This document shows, in pieces, positions 23,301 to 35,700 of a DNA stretch of 64,000 nt (position 1 is its first letter; each line of letters begins with the position of its first letter). The notes under the pieces are model-generated. The model saw only the letters and a program-made list of their open reading frames with translations, ran no database searches and was not told the DNA's origin. This stretch comes from Pecten maximus (Eukaryota). A program made the translations under genes and the position numbers. The stretch is taken from NCBI RefSeq assembly GCF_902652985.1, contig NC_047024.1, positions 31,124,001-31,188,000 on the forward strand, written 5' to 3'.

Positions 23301-26300
23301 TGGCAATTTATCATTGTACTTATCTGTTGAAATTCGGAAATGTGTTGAAATTCGAGTACACCAAATGAAGTATGTTTATAGTAATCAGTTTTATTGCTAG
23401 ATCTTTTCACTGAAATTTTTACAGGTTGAAAAATAACCATTGAAACAAAAAGTTGTGACCTAGATAATAATCTGGTAAATTGTGAGCTTAATCTTCTGGG
23501 AAAAGTTGTAACTTGTTAGGTAGAGAAGCTAATGATGACAGGGATAATACACGTAGATAATGGTACAGTAATCCCTAATGCAATTTGTTGTGTGGTGATA
23601 TTTGATTTACATTATGGTGTATTGTCTTCCATCTTCATGTGACATGCTGTATGTGCTAACACTGGCCAATAGAGTTCTTTTATTACAGTAATTATTGTAA
23701 ACTGATTTCCTGTTAACAGCGAAGGAAGACTAGTGATGGATACACAAGTGACTCCAATGACTCGTCCTCAGGGGACATTGAACATGAAGAAAATTGTGCA
23801 GAGTGTGGTGGAGATGAAGGTCTTATCTTCTGTGCTGAGTGTCCTACAGCATACCACCTTGAATGTCATGACCCGCCGCTACGACATCCTCCAAGGTACA
23901 TAGTCATTCACTGATAAATGTACCCAAACCACAGTATCTTTTGAATTTGTTACCAGCATATGTTTGATATTGAATTATTTCAGTACAGACCTGGTATTCT
24001 GTAACAATATCTCAAATGAAGTGAAGGAAATGTTACAAAATGTTTGCTGGGTATCCATCTTGAACACATGGTGATATTTAAAGAGATTCTTTCTCTTGTT
24101 TATATATGTGTCTTTATTGCATAAAAAAAGCTACAGTGTGTATGAATTTTTATTTACAAATTCTTCAAATCCCCTGAATTACCTTCTTTATGAGTTATGT
24201 GTCAAAAGATGATGACGATGATGACGATGATGATGACGACGATGACGACACTTGGGCCAGATTTCGGGCAAAGACATCAGACAGATTGTATGAGATAGAC
24301 TATTGGGAAATTTCTCTTTCTCCTTTTGTAGAAACTGACCCAGCACTGTTACACCCTCCCAATGGAGATGGGTTTATGAATCAATTCCTGTTATTTATTT
24401 TCAGGGGCAGATGGGTTTGCACAGAATGTAAAACTGGGGTGAAGAGAAATTCAAGGTCAAGATCAAAACGGAAATCTGCAAAGAAATCTGGGAGAGGTAA
24501 AAAAAATATGTAGAGTTTACCAGACTTGTAGTGTTCATGAATGTAACTTGTTTTGATATTTACAATAAATTATCCTTTTGTAAAGGCAATATCAATTCGG
24601 AAATGGGGATCAGTCTTTACTTTTTTATTATCCAATTCATTTCTCACAGTTCATTAATGAAATAAAAGAAAAAATAACAAATATAGACAAGTGGATTCTC
24701 TATTGAATTATCTGGATGGATAACACTGATCAATGTTTGGTGCATGATGGAAAGTAGTGTAGAAAAATAACTCTTTTCCTCAGCTGCTCCAAAAAGAAAG
24801 AAATATGTTGAGTCATCTGATGAAAATGATGAGGAGGAGGAGGAAGAGGATGATGAAAGTCAGGAGGAGGAAGAGGAGGAAGATGAAGAAGAGTTACCTA
24901 AGAAAGTTGGTCGCAAACCGAAACAGAAATCTCCTAAGTCTGGACCAGGCAGGAAACCTGGATCAGCCAACAAAAAGGATAAATCTCGATCTTCTGTTGG
25001 CAGTAACTCTAGTTATAATGAAGGCAGGACATATACTTCCAGACGGGCACCATCAGAACTCTCGGTACGTTTACACTATACACAGCATAAATCTTCACTG
25101 AATGCCATCTTCCTGTCTGTACCAACTTGGATAATCAACAATTTTAATTTTGTAGGAATTTGTTTCATTAGATTTATTTCTAATGCAGGATGGGACAAGC
25201 CATAGATAAATTAGGGCCCAGATTATCTAAGATTCCAGAGGTCAAACTTTCTGAAACTTTACTCAGTGTAATTACTCAGTGTTACACTGATGTGCAAGGG
25301 TACTTTAAAAAGTTCATAAGGTCAAGCTTGTTGTTACTAAAAATAGTACCAGGAATATGCTTTCAAAATACATAATTCAGGGTCCTTACAGGAGGCCAAA
25401 CTTTCTGAAATTTCACATGATACACTGATAAACAGATGTGCAATAGAATTTTAAAATGTTTCTAGGTCAAGAATGCTTTTATCAAAATTTGGCTGGACAT
25501 ATTTCAGCACAAGGTTAAATGGTCAAAGGTCAGACTTGACCCCCTCATCAATTTCAAGTTTTGATTGGTATATTTGCAGTCTACAAGTAATAATTCAATA
25601 CCACTGTCACACTTGGGTTAAGTCCATGTATAGTGACAAATGCATGTGCAATATCATTACAGTTTTGTTGTTCTGTCACTATATGCAAATTACTGGAAAA
25701 TCTTGATGTATATCTTGTGTAACCCTATATCAGTGGTTGTGATAATACCAACATTTACATTACAGATATGTGAGCAGATTGTAGGCGATATCATGAAGAT
25801 GGAATCTTCATGGCCATTCTTGCTTCCTGTCAGCAAAAAGGATGTAAGTTTTCCGTAAAGTAGTCCCTTGATAGTTGCATCAAGAGAATGTTACATTTCC
25901 TGAAATAAAAGAAAATATACACCAATAAAGCTACACTGTGGTACCAATTAGGCCATCTTTATTGGTAACAAAGGTATTAGGATTACACATGAGGTTCTTG
26001 TGTATTTGTAGTAATACAGAATGTAATTAGCAGATCAGTGAATAAATACAATAAAAAGTAAATGAATTAATATATTTTCAGTTTCAATTCCTTTAAAAAT
26101 GTGTTTGTAGGAGGCTCAGGGTTTAAACAAACAAAATGCACAAGCTAATTATAGGTGGTGGAATAATGATGTTCTAATATTAACTACAAAAATAGGTACT
26201 AATATGAGTGAGATTGGGGAAAAGAAAAGCCCATCCGACAGTTACATAACTAGATTTATTTGTAAATTGTTCATTTGTCTTCAGGTACCCGATTACCACC

Positions 26301-26837
26301 GTATTGTAAAACATCCCATGGACCTGCAGCTTGTCAAAGATAAACTCAAGTGTATGGTGTACGGCTCAGTGGAGGAAGTCATTGAGGACGTCAAACAGAT
26401 CTTCATCAACGCTGAAACTTACAACAAGGTAAATAACCTAATCTTTAAACTGGTTCATATTCAAAAGAGATTTTTCTTGGATATCTCTGCCCTTTATCAC
26501 AAATAATTTTGTTTACCTGGTAAGAGAATATTGTGATTGAGAAATCTCTGTCTCAAATTTCGTAATCTCTGCAGTTTGATGGTTTCACTCCCTTTCGCTT
26601 GGTGCTATACTCAAAATCATTCTTGTCTAGGTTCTTACATTATTTTTAAAATCAAATTAATTTGGTATCAAAATTACAATCCGATTGTATCAATTGATGT
26701 TCTAATTATTCACCTTGCAGGTTGGAAGTGAAGTGTTGGATTGTAAGGATGAAGTGGAGCGAAACTTTGCCCTGTTAATCAAGAAGAACTTACCTATGTG
26801 CCTGTATGCCAGAGTAAAAAACAGCCAGTTTTGCTGA
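3449..26837 (+). CDS. BAZ1B: BAZ1B/WSTF (bromodomain adjacent to zinc finger 1B; ISWI partner in WICH), 32 coding exons, about 1563 aa: WAC, DDT, WHIM, 2x PHD, bromodomain
   Basis: Manually spliced exons, all GT-AG and phase-consistent, 4692 nt: 3449-3561, 4385-4560, 4852-4957, 5622-5664, 5905-6000, 6310-6386, 6624-6789, 7236-7808, 8096-8421, 8642-8771, 9069-9237, 9661-9764, 10697-10831, 11364-11521, 11913-12046, 13112-13307, 13563-13629, 16751-16865, 17897-18020, 18268-18432, 19025-19085, 19343-19450, 19672-19798, 20753-20895, 21281-21421, 23113-23163, 23720-23895, 24405-24496, 24784-25064, 25766-25843, 26285-26428, 26721-26837. BAZ1B-diagnostic blocks: MPLLGKK, ERIWTCRCTG..LTHQEAW, SPSSDKENS, KWQPPKLLPYKY, RFFIRANALR..PWVV, KQMTL, LLQTLLQDEI, TPIGTDRNHSRYW, GQNLWF, IKWEKSAENA. 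Confidence 0.95.
3562..4384 (+). other. U12-type (minor spliceosome) GT-AG intron, BAZ1B intron 1
   Basis: Donor GTATCTTTT (U12 consensus RTATCCTTT). Branch-site-like TTCCCTAAC at 4367-4375 (consensus TTCCTTAAC), about 10 nt before the CAG at 4382-4384. No long polypyrimidine tract. Confidence 0.85.
9069..11521 (+). CDS. BAZ1B: BAZ1B exons 11-14, DDT domain and WHIM1 region
   Basis: PNEMFGDVAFIAEFINCYSGLLMP...LSRALVVLLQTLLQDEISEDY...ASELTRLCLRR...QKLQIMKGLCLRIMGTYSVQDFME. Confidence 0.9.
12859..13054. repeat. Recent 98-bp tandem duplication in BAZ1B intron 15
   Basis: ATGTTGTACAATCTAATGTGAAAGC...GCTAATGATATAGAC occurs twice, starting at 12859 and 12957, essentially identical. Confidence 0.9.
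13976..14633. mobile_element. pearl/HINE-like non-autonomous element, opposite orientation to the copy at 1-255
   Basis: Starts with hairpin TAGCTCACCGGTTAC-GA-GTAACCGAGAGCTA, followed by a GCGTCC-type short repeat and about three related ~200-bp internal cores (GTAAGTCCAAAAGTATACACC...CATTCATTAGAG). Ends with a short inverted repeat and CTTGTT. Confidence 0.7.
14822..16641. mobile_element. Non-autonomous hAT-type DNA transposon (1820 bp) in BAZ1B intron 17
   Basis: 13-bp perfect TIRs TAGTGCTGCAACG...CGTTGCAGCACTA. Perfect 8-bp TSD GTTGCTAT (14814-14821, 16642-16649). Subterminal CGATAC/ACCGTG repeats. No recognisable transposase. Confidence 0.88.
15313..15395. mobile_element. Tc1/mariner (pogo/Tigger-like) terminus nested in the hAT element
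   Basis: TA followed by CAGTGGAACCTCTATAAACTGAAC and subterminal GTTCGGTTT repeats. No matching other end found. Confidence 0.45.
16751..18432 (+). CDS. BAZ1B: BAZ1B exons 18-20, WHIM2/WHIM3 (WSD) region
   Basis: ALRHTPIGTDRNHSRYWVFSGVTPGIYIEKGW...GQNLWFTYLSVKELDDLIDSLHLQGWRESKL. Confidence 0.9.
19489..19585. repeat. About 47-bp tandem duplication in BAZ1B intron 22
   Basis: TCACCTGAGATAAAGAATATGGGATATTGTATTGGTGAGGCTTGTTA repeated twice. Confidence 0.85.
21281..21421 (+). CDS. BAZ1B: BAZ1B exon 25, PHD finger 1
   Basis: KCKICRKKGEDQKLLLCDECNQPFHMYCLRPALMEIPKGDWFCASCM, a C4HC3 pattern. Confidence 0.95.
21398..22483 (+). repeat. 50/57-bp minisatellite (21 copies) built from the exon 25 end plus its 5' splice site
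   Basis: Unit GATTGGTTCTGTG(CCT/TCT/TCA)CCTGTATG|GTAAGTGGACAGTCTGCTCTCATAGA. GT donors at 21422, 21472, 21522, 21572, 21622, 21679, 21736, then every 50 nt from 21786 to 22286, then 22341, 22398, 22448. Confidence 0.95.
23720..24496 (+). CDS. BAZ1B: BAZ1B exons 27-28, PHD finger 2
   Basis: Exons 23720-23895 and 24405-24496 give HEENCAECGGDEGLIFCAECPTAYHLECHDPPLRHPPRGRWVCTECK, a complete C4HC3 pattern. Confidence 0.9.
25766..26837 (+). CDS. BAZ1B: BAZ1B exons 30-32, bromodomain and stop
   Basis: SSWPFLLPVSKKDVPDYHRIVKHPMDLQLVKDKL...DVKQIFINAETYNKVGSEV. WPF motif and conserved Tyr-Asn present. TGA at 26835-26837. Confidence 0.93.
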
Positions 26838-27909
26838 CGATAATTAATATAGACAGCTAAAAGTGCTGAGTGTAACGGATACAAATAAGCAAGTCTACTG
26901 ACAGTGAAGAGTATGGTGATATTGATGTATAGACGTCCACGCGTGCTGACAATATTAGATATAGACAGCAAAGCAGGGTGACATTATCAAATATAAACAA
27001 TGAAGTCTGCTGATGATAATGAATATGATTTAAATCATTGATTAGCTGTTTTTATTATGTTGACATTTGAAATATATTAATTTTGCTGATGAATTGCATG
27101 GATTATTTTAACACACTGGAACCACAGATTTGTAAGGACATTCTGCATCTGGAATATCACAAATCTTGTGAGAATGTACTGGAATAATGAGAATCATGTG
27201 AGAACACATTGGAATCATGAGTCTTATGACAATGCCCTGGAATATCGTTATCTTGTGAGAATGCTTTGGAATATCACAATCTTGTGAGAATGCTCTGGAA
27301 TTTTACAGCTCACAGGATGCATAATACCATCTATCAAAACTAATAGGACATGGAAGTGCGGCCATCTTGGATTTGGGCTACAGCTGTTCTGGTGTACAAG
27401 GTTAGACAGCACAACAGCTGTTTGTGTGTTAAACTGAACTATAATACTAGGTTACATACCAGCTTGATGTCCCCTATCCTAAGGACATATGTGTGATGAA
27501 GATAGGCTTCATTTGAAAATGACTGTACTTGTGTCACCTTTGATCTTGTACTGTGTTCTGAAGAAAGTCCCGTTCTTCAATTAAAAGGACTTCAATGATT
27601 TAATTTTAAGGAATTCTGAGGATGAAAGTATGCTTATAATTTTTGCTTTTAATACTCAAATTACTTCAGTGTTCAATAGTTTCAGAATAGTGCACATGTA
27701 TTAGTATATTGAGTATCTAAACAAAGTCACCCAAATGCAAATCCTTGGTTCATAATGGGACTCATATTTAATGTAAAATCTTTCCTCGTCTTCTAAATTG
27801 TGTTTATTTTGGCAGTTAAACAAGAGTGGTGATCATGTAGTCAACAATTAAAACCAACTACAGAAAAAGGTATAATTCAAGTATTTTTTTAAAAGAAATT
27901 GTGTTTGTA

Positions 27910-27915
27910 AATAAA
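27910..27915 (+). promoter_or_regulatory. Candidate BAZ1B polyadenylation signal
   Basis: AATAAA about 1.07 kb after the stop, followed by a GT-rich tract (TGTTGTGTTT). Further AATAAA copies near 29240 and 29858 are alternatives. Confidence 0.45.
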
Positions 27916-30882
27916 ATACTATTAAATCATGTTGTGTTTCAGTTTACAAACAATTACTGCAATTTGAAATAATTTTGATTATACTTTATGGAACCTCTAC
28001 AATTGCTCATTAGAAATATCCTCTCTGGAATTAACTTAGAGACAACTGTATTGTTGATGCGTTCTCCCTCAATCCATTTTACGGTTACCTTATTATGAAC
28101 TGGGTGGCAAAGTATGGCAGTTAATTAATCACTCCAGTCCTTTGGTAGGGTGATCACTGTGTAGGTGGGACCAAATGAATTCTTTGATAACATACTCTAT
28201 ACCTGAGGTACATTGGTGAACATTTCAGTATTCGTGTCATTGTATATCTGAATAAGAAACATTTACCATGACAAGTGTTTGTGGTTTTAAATCAAACCTA
28301 CTCTCCATGAATTATTTTAAACACATAGAATCTATGATATTTTCTCACAAAAACATCGTCTGTTTTAATTGACAGAGCTATTTAATGTTTAATGAAAAAG
28401 TTTTTTGAGTTTTTTTCCCTGAAAACTGGACATATATTTTTTCCACATTTTTTTCACATGAATATCATACATCGTATGACTTTAAAGAGAATACATTTTA
28501 ATGACATTTTCAGTCATGTATATCAATTATGTGTAAAAGTGTACATATTTTTCGTGGATGCTGATTATGCTTTGGCCATTAAAAACATGGAGTGTTTCCT
28601 AGGGCACATTAAAAGAATAGGGCACATTTACAGTATTTCCAGTGCTTATAATATAAAATGTTCAACAAATATGGAGGGATAATTTAGCACAGGAAACACA
28701 CACATACTGTATATATTGTTGGGCCTTGTGTTGTGTTGTACATGTGGCAGAATTGACTGTACAGAATTTATCAATCATGTAGATCATGATTTTAATTTTA
28801 AGCTGAAGGGATATATATGCTACCCCTCCTTGTAGTTATTTTTTAAGAGTTCCCCCCCCCCCCCCCCCCCTTCCTTTACGTACAATTACAGCAGCTTTTT
28901 TGTGAAAGATATTTCTAGACATCTTCATATGGAACAGTTGAAAACAAGATTAGGTAGCATATATCCTTAAAGTAATATTCATTGTTTTACATAAATCATT
29001 ATTCGTACAAAGCGAAATTATTTTCAAGGAAAAATTCGTTTTTACATGTGTAACTATTTATAGCATTTTTTAAAAGATGTATTAATTTATGTCATGTAAA
29101 ATTGTTGTCATGTAGAACTATTTAAATTTTTTTTTCTAGCAGAATTTTACCAATTTGTTACATAACATTTTTATGCACCAAAAGTTTTAGGTCTACAGCA
29201 ACTTGTTGAGTTTGGATAAATGCAGATCCACCATTGTGTAATAAAATATTTCTATAGCAAGACTGGTACCCTTCTGGTGCTCTAAATCATCGATACTGTT
29301 ATCTACTGGTGTTATAACCACCTGTATCACGGTCCTCTTATCCAAGATTTATCTCCAGAACACATACTATCTTTGGAGTGCAAGATTGGCCTGACTTTTA
29401 GGAATGCCAATTGTAAATTTTTAATTGAAAACCGTTTATTTTCTTAAAGCCCGTCCTCATATGACCTTAACTGTATCAAGGACATTCAATCCTTTAAAAA
29501 TTGTATTGCAAGGAAAACTATTTCCAGGTAGAAACTTTTTAAGATATAGACGTGCTTATAAAAATATCTACTTAAATGTGCTTCCATTTATATTAAGTGA
29601 TACATATTCCATTGAGTGAAAAGAAAAAATCACACAATTTTCATTTAACCTGCAGCTTGCGTAACATGAACAGTGAGTGAATTTCTCAGGCATACTGTAT
29701 ACCTATTATTTTAAATCCACTTTGTGGATTATTACCGACATTATCACTATAATAGTTAATAATGGACAGTAAATAAACTCTTTTTGTTTTAGGGATGTAG
29801 ACTTTACCCAATAATTAAAGTGTTGTTTGCTTGCATTGTGACATTTCGTTATGTATCAATAAACATTAGACAAATCTCAACACTTGTTTGGTTTTTGTGT
29901 AAACTGACCGGATCTACTGTACAAAGGAATCGTGTGCCACATATGTAGGACTCTAGATTGACTACCATCACTTTTTCTCAGAAATATGAAGGATCATTTG
30001 TTAAATAGGCATGTACCGTAAAAAAAAATACTCTCAAATGTCTACTGGAATCCTGGTTGGTATTTTCCGGAAGTTTTGGTGTCAAACATCAATGGTTTTT
30101 TGCAGTGGAAATGGCCCAAATGTCAAGCTTAATATACAAATGCAAAGGTTTCCTGACAAAAGTCTCTAGTTTAAGTTGACCAATCAAATTCAATCTTTAC
30201 ATGCTACTTCCTTATTGGAACACGATTTCATATTGGGTCATAAAGCCAAAAAGTCAAGCTCACTGTTACTAGAAGTAGAAACTTGCAGGACAATTCCAAG
30301 TTCTGGACTCTTAAACTGGGTCCACCAAACTCTAAGCTCTCTAAAAATCAACAAGAAAATGAATCCAGGTACAAAAATATCTTTATTCACATTTACACTA
30401 AATGTATTTTATTTTTTTTTACAAAATCATGATGTATAATTTACATAATGTGATGAACTATATACAGACTGATTTAAGACACTGGTGTGGTACAATCATA
30501 ATCAATATCAAGTGAAAGAACCAATAAACTAGTAATAAAATTAGTATTATGATTCTGAAATATACATGTACGTGTATTTCCCATGTGTAAAAATTCACAT
30601 GAAAGCACTTTTTTGCTTGACAAAACTGGGAATATCGGTTTCATTAACATTGCAAGATTTTTTCAGGCGAGCTATCATGAACACCATCTTCAAAATTATT
30701 TCAACTCCCATTACAAAATGACATGGTGTCTCACAGGGAAGGTATAGGGATTCGAATATCCATGTCCCAAAATTTTAACAAAGTTTATTTTACACACATC
30801 CTGTAATCAGCCATCATTAATCATGTGTACTATATGTAATTGTATATTACATGTATTATTTACATCAAGTTTTTACATAGTT

Positions 30883-31199
30883 ACATCAAAACCTGTCCAA
30901 ACTCACCCCTGAGCATTTCAACATTTGTCCAACAATTTATTGAAAAGAAAAATATGTTAATAAGAGGTGTTTTTGGACATTTTCTCCCAATACTTATAGC
31001 ATTATAAAGAGGCAGTTGAAAATGAGATTAAGTTTAGATTTTACGACTATGCAAAATGAGATTTCTGGGGTCTGAAGGGACATGTTAGGGCCTTTCAGAC
31101 TTTTGAGAACGGATGAATTTGACTTCTAAATATTGCTAAAAGTCAAGGGTCAAGACGTAGCTCTGTTCAGATGTTGTCAGATTAGACAGGTTTCAATGT
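30883..31199. mobile_element. Degenerate mariner-type MITE
   Basis: Left end ACATCAAAACCTGTCCAAACTCAC resembles the reverse complement of the right end (ACATTGAAACCTGTCTAATCTGAC). Confidence 0.35.
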
Positions 31200-32712
31200 T
31201 GGTAAAATTTGTTAGACATGTACATTTGTTGTGTAATGATATATGTGATGAATGTTTTATATAGGACTAGGACTAAGCCAGCCATTCATTGTATCTGCCA
31301 TGCATAGTTTTACGTTAAAAATAGTTTATTATAAAAAATTCACATAAAGAAAAGTAACGACCGTTTACAAAATGACAACGATACTGAATGAAATGACTTG
31401 GTGGTATTTTACTTAATTCTGAGTAAATGAAGCCACACACAGCCACATATGTACCTTTGATAAGACAATGTGCTCTCTCCATGTGTTTTCTATGATACAC
31501 CAATGGTGTGTTCACAACTTTTCCTAGCACAGGTTTTCATAGAAAACATTTGTGATCTTATGAAACTCCGTTTTGTCCATGATTATGACACATGTGGACG
31601 TCTGATATTTGAAAGTTCTCTATGCACATCAGACTATTAAATTGGAAAATCAATATATGCTTTCAAAAAAATTTAATAACTTGTTTTATCCTTTCACATC
31701 TTGCTGTTAAAATGGCACTTTTTTTTTAATCTTGATAGTTAGACAATTTTTCGACATGAAATTTCTTTTTATAATTAATGTGGAAAAATAACTCAAAACT
31801 ATACATGCATGCAAGACCATAAAAGGAATGTAAATATACTGAATGAATATTTTCTATACACTGCTATTGTATGTAGACAATAACTTGTCTGGTGTCCTTG
31901 ATTACATTGTTTTGTCACCAGTATGTCAGAGGAGTTATTTCTGTCATCATATATACACTTCTCGTTTAAAAAACGCTTGACTAAAATACACAAACTGTAG
32001 GCTATGCATATTAAAATGTTTAACTTCATCATTAATGTTTTAAAAATATTGACTCTTAATAATAAATTTCTCACCTGTAACTAGCTACATAGTCTATAAA
32101 GTTCCACATTAATGAGAATAAAATGATGGACTCCACTTAATGAAAGACAACCTGTGTTATGTAAATATGACATAAGATGATATGTACTAGTTATTATATT
32201 AAAAATTATTGTAGGCAGTTTCTTTGTTCAACCTTCCAACAAAGATATAAAATGTTACTTCAGGGAGTGATTTCCGACATTGACCTGATCATGAGGATGT
32301 TTCATTGTAAATCACCACATTTGTTTGCAAACTACACGAAAGGGGTCTAGGTATCTCAGAAAATCCAGAGTACCCACAGGACACCTACATAGTGGTCCTG
32401 AAGATGACCACCTAAACTTGATTAAATTATTTAGGTCATGGTTATTTGTATAGAAAAGAACCATGTCTACAGTCTGTTGGAGTAATCAAATTACTGAATA
32501 TACTTGAGGCAAGATATTTGATGAAAGTGTACTACCATTTCAGGACAGTTTAAAAAAAAAATTTAAAAAAAAAAAATTCTCAGAATCAATGTTTTTCTAC
32601 ATTTTGTAGACAATTTCCATCTAATCAATAGTTTCAATCTAATCCAGAATAAGTAATACTCTTATAAAAGTTTAGGTAATTGAACCAATTTGGATCACCT
32701 ATTAATTAGTGT

Positions 32713-35700
32713 TCATCGTTTGGTTACCCATAAAGTCACCAAGACTGTCAGCACTAACACAACCATGTTAGGTATGGCAGTGACAGCACCGTTACAGAAA
32801 TCTGTATCACAGAGACACTTGAAAAGAAAGCCACCGTCTGACTCGATTGCCACACAACCATTTGAATATCCATCTCGACGCACACACATCCGCGAGGTCA
32901 CAGTAACCACTGGAAAATAGAATGTCACATTATAAGATTTGTACAGCTGCCATTAAGGTATGGATAGTTAAATGAAACTCATGGGTCAGGTCTAGTAACA
33001 GACAATAGGCCCAATGGGCCAGTGACCTGCCCATAATACCCAAGTATAGTTTACAGACTCCAAAAGAAGTATAGTAGCAGTGAAAGAAGAATTAGTCAGG
33101 ACCATCACAAGATCAGTCTTTCAGAGGACAACAACAAGCTGGGTCCTATGACGATGGATGTTTAGAGGAATCCCAACAATCCGGGGTCATATACGACAAT
33201 GAGTGTTCAGGGAAATGTCAACAGTCAGGGTTATATATGAGATAAGGTGTCTGGAGAGAACAGCCGGGCCATATAATGGCAAGTACCTAGGGAAACACTG
33301 TCAGCCAGCGGTCATATGAGGATGGGTGTCTAGGGAAACACTGTCAGCCACGGTCATATGAGGATGGGTGTCTAGGGAAACACTGTCAGCCACTGTCATA
33401 TGAGGATGGGTGTCTAGGGAAACACTGTCAGCCACTGTCATATGAGGATGGGTGTCTAGGGAAACACTGTCAGCCGCGATCATATGAGGATGGGTGTCTA
33501 GGGAAACACTGTCAGCCACTGTCATATGAGGATGGATGTCTAGGGAAACACTGTCAGCCACTGTCATATGAGGATGGGTGTCTAGGGAAACACTGTCAGC
33601 CACGGTCATATGAGGATGGGTGTCTAGGGAAACACTGTCAGCCACGGTCATATGAGGATGGATGTCTAGGGAAACACTGTCAGCCGCGGTCATATGAGGA
33701 TGGATGTCTAGGGAAACACTGTCAGCCACTGTCATATGAGGATGGGTGTCTAGGGAAACACTGTCAGCCACGGTCATATGAGGATGGATGTCTAGGGAAA
33801 CACAGTCAGCCAGGATCATATGAGGATGGATGTCTAGGGAAACACTGTCAGCCACGGTCATATGAGGATGGATGTCTAGGGAAACACTGTCAGCCGCGGT
33901 CATATGAGGATGGATGTCTAGGGAAACACTGTCAGCCGCGGTCATATGAGGATGGATGTCTAGGGAAACATTGTCGGCCACTGTCATACGAGGATGGATG
34001 TCTAGGGAAACACTGTCAGCCACGGTCATATGAGGATGGGTGTCTAGGGAAACACTGTCAGCCACGGTCATATGAGGATGGGTGTCTAGGGAAACACTGT
34101 CAGCCACTGTCATATGAGGATGGATGTCTAGGGAAACATTGTCGGCCAGGATCATATGAGGATGGGTGTCTAGGGAAACACTGTCAGCCAGGGTCATATG
34201 AGGATGGGTGTCTAGGGAAACACTGTCAGCCAGGGTCATATGAGGATGGGTGTCTAGGGAAACACTGTCAGCCACGCTCATATGAGGTTGGGTGTCTAGG
34301 GAAACACTGTCAGCCACGCTCATATGAGGTTGGGTGTCTAGGGAAACACTGTCAGCCGCGGTCATATGAGGTTGGGTATCTAGGGAAACACTGTCAGCCA
34401 CTGTCATATGAGGATGGGTGTCTAGGGGGATACCAGCATCCAGGGTCATAGGTCAGGTGTCAAGTGGGATACTAATATCCAGGATCATATGAGGATGAGT
34501 TTCTATTTATGACACCAACAGATGCAGTCATATGAGGATGGTTGTCTAGTGGGATACTAATATCCAGGGTCATATGAGGATGGGTGTCTAGGGAATGCCA
34601 ACAGCCAAGGTAATATGAGGATGGTTGTATAGTGGGATACCAACAGCCACAGTGATATGAGGATGGGTGTCTACTGGGACACCAACAGCCAGGGTCATAG
34701 AATGTAAGGTGTCTAGGAGGGGAGTGGGGGAAGGGGTACCAACAGCCAAGGTCATAGTAGGTCAGGTGTCTAGGAGGGGAGTGGTGGAAGGGGTACCAAC
34801 AGCCAAGGTCATAGTAGGTCAGGTGTCTAGGAGGGGAGTGGTGGAAGGGGTACCAACAGCTAAGGTCATAGTAGGTCAGGTGTCTAGGAGGGGAGTGGTG
34901 GAGGGGGTACCAACAGTCAGGGTCATATGAGGATGGGTGTCTAGTGGGGACACCAACATCTAAGGTCATATGCAGACAAGTGTCTTAAGTTTTAATTACA
35001 AGTCCTCTCTGAATAGGTACAGTAGGTAAAAGCTCCTCTATATAAAAAACACAAACCTCTGTCTTTTCCAGTGATGAAGCCTGAATCTGAGAGAAATGAA
35101 ACTGTTTTAAACTTTATACAATGCGTGTCTTTCTCTCCACATTCTGACGTTCCTCCTTCGTTAGCCGCCAAATCGAATGGGTCCAAACATATTGGGTCGT
35201 CCTTGGCTGCACAGTCATAGCACTCCAGACAGGCACCTGTCAACCGTACACAACAATATTATCTAAAATTACCTCTGTAACAATCAAAACAACCAATTAA
35301 CAATACACAACAACATTATCTAAAATTACCTCTGTAACAATCGAAACAACCAATTAACAAGTCACCTGTATCACAACTTCAATAACACCAAGTTTTGTTA
35401 ATTTCATTTAATGATGAATTGTGATATGTTATGTACAATTTGGGGAAAACCACACACTTTCATATATGTAAACTTGCATATTATATGCAGCCCTCATTAA
35501 GTGGCGCCTATTTTAGTGGCTATGGCGCCTTAAATTCACCATTGGCGACCAGTTATTGACGTATAAGGTGCCTGAATTATACCGAATGGCCACTTAAAAA
35601 ATTGTGTAAATTTGATATTTGGTTAATCTTTCAAAGGTTGCAGTCAATGCTAAAATGATGTATACAATCGCAAAAGTTACAGAGAGATGTTATACTGATC

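Noticed and set aside
24190-24404. Poly-Asp N-terminal part of ORF 24190-24513
   Set aside because: An intronic (GAT/GAC)n microsatellite. The real exon starts at the TTTCAG acceptor (24405) and completes PHD2.
24805-25101. Arg/Met-rich ORF
   Set aside because: Wrong frame of BAZ1B exon 29. The spliced frame encodes the acidic Glu tract.
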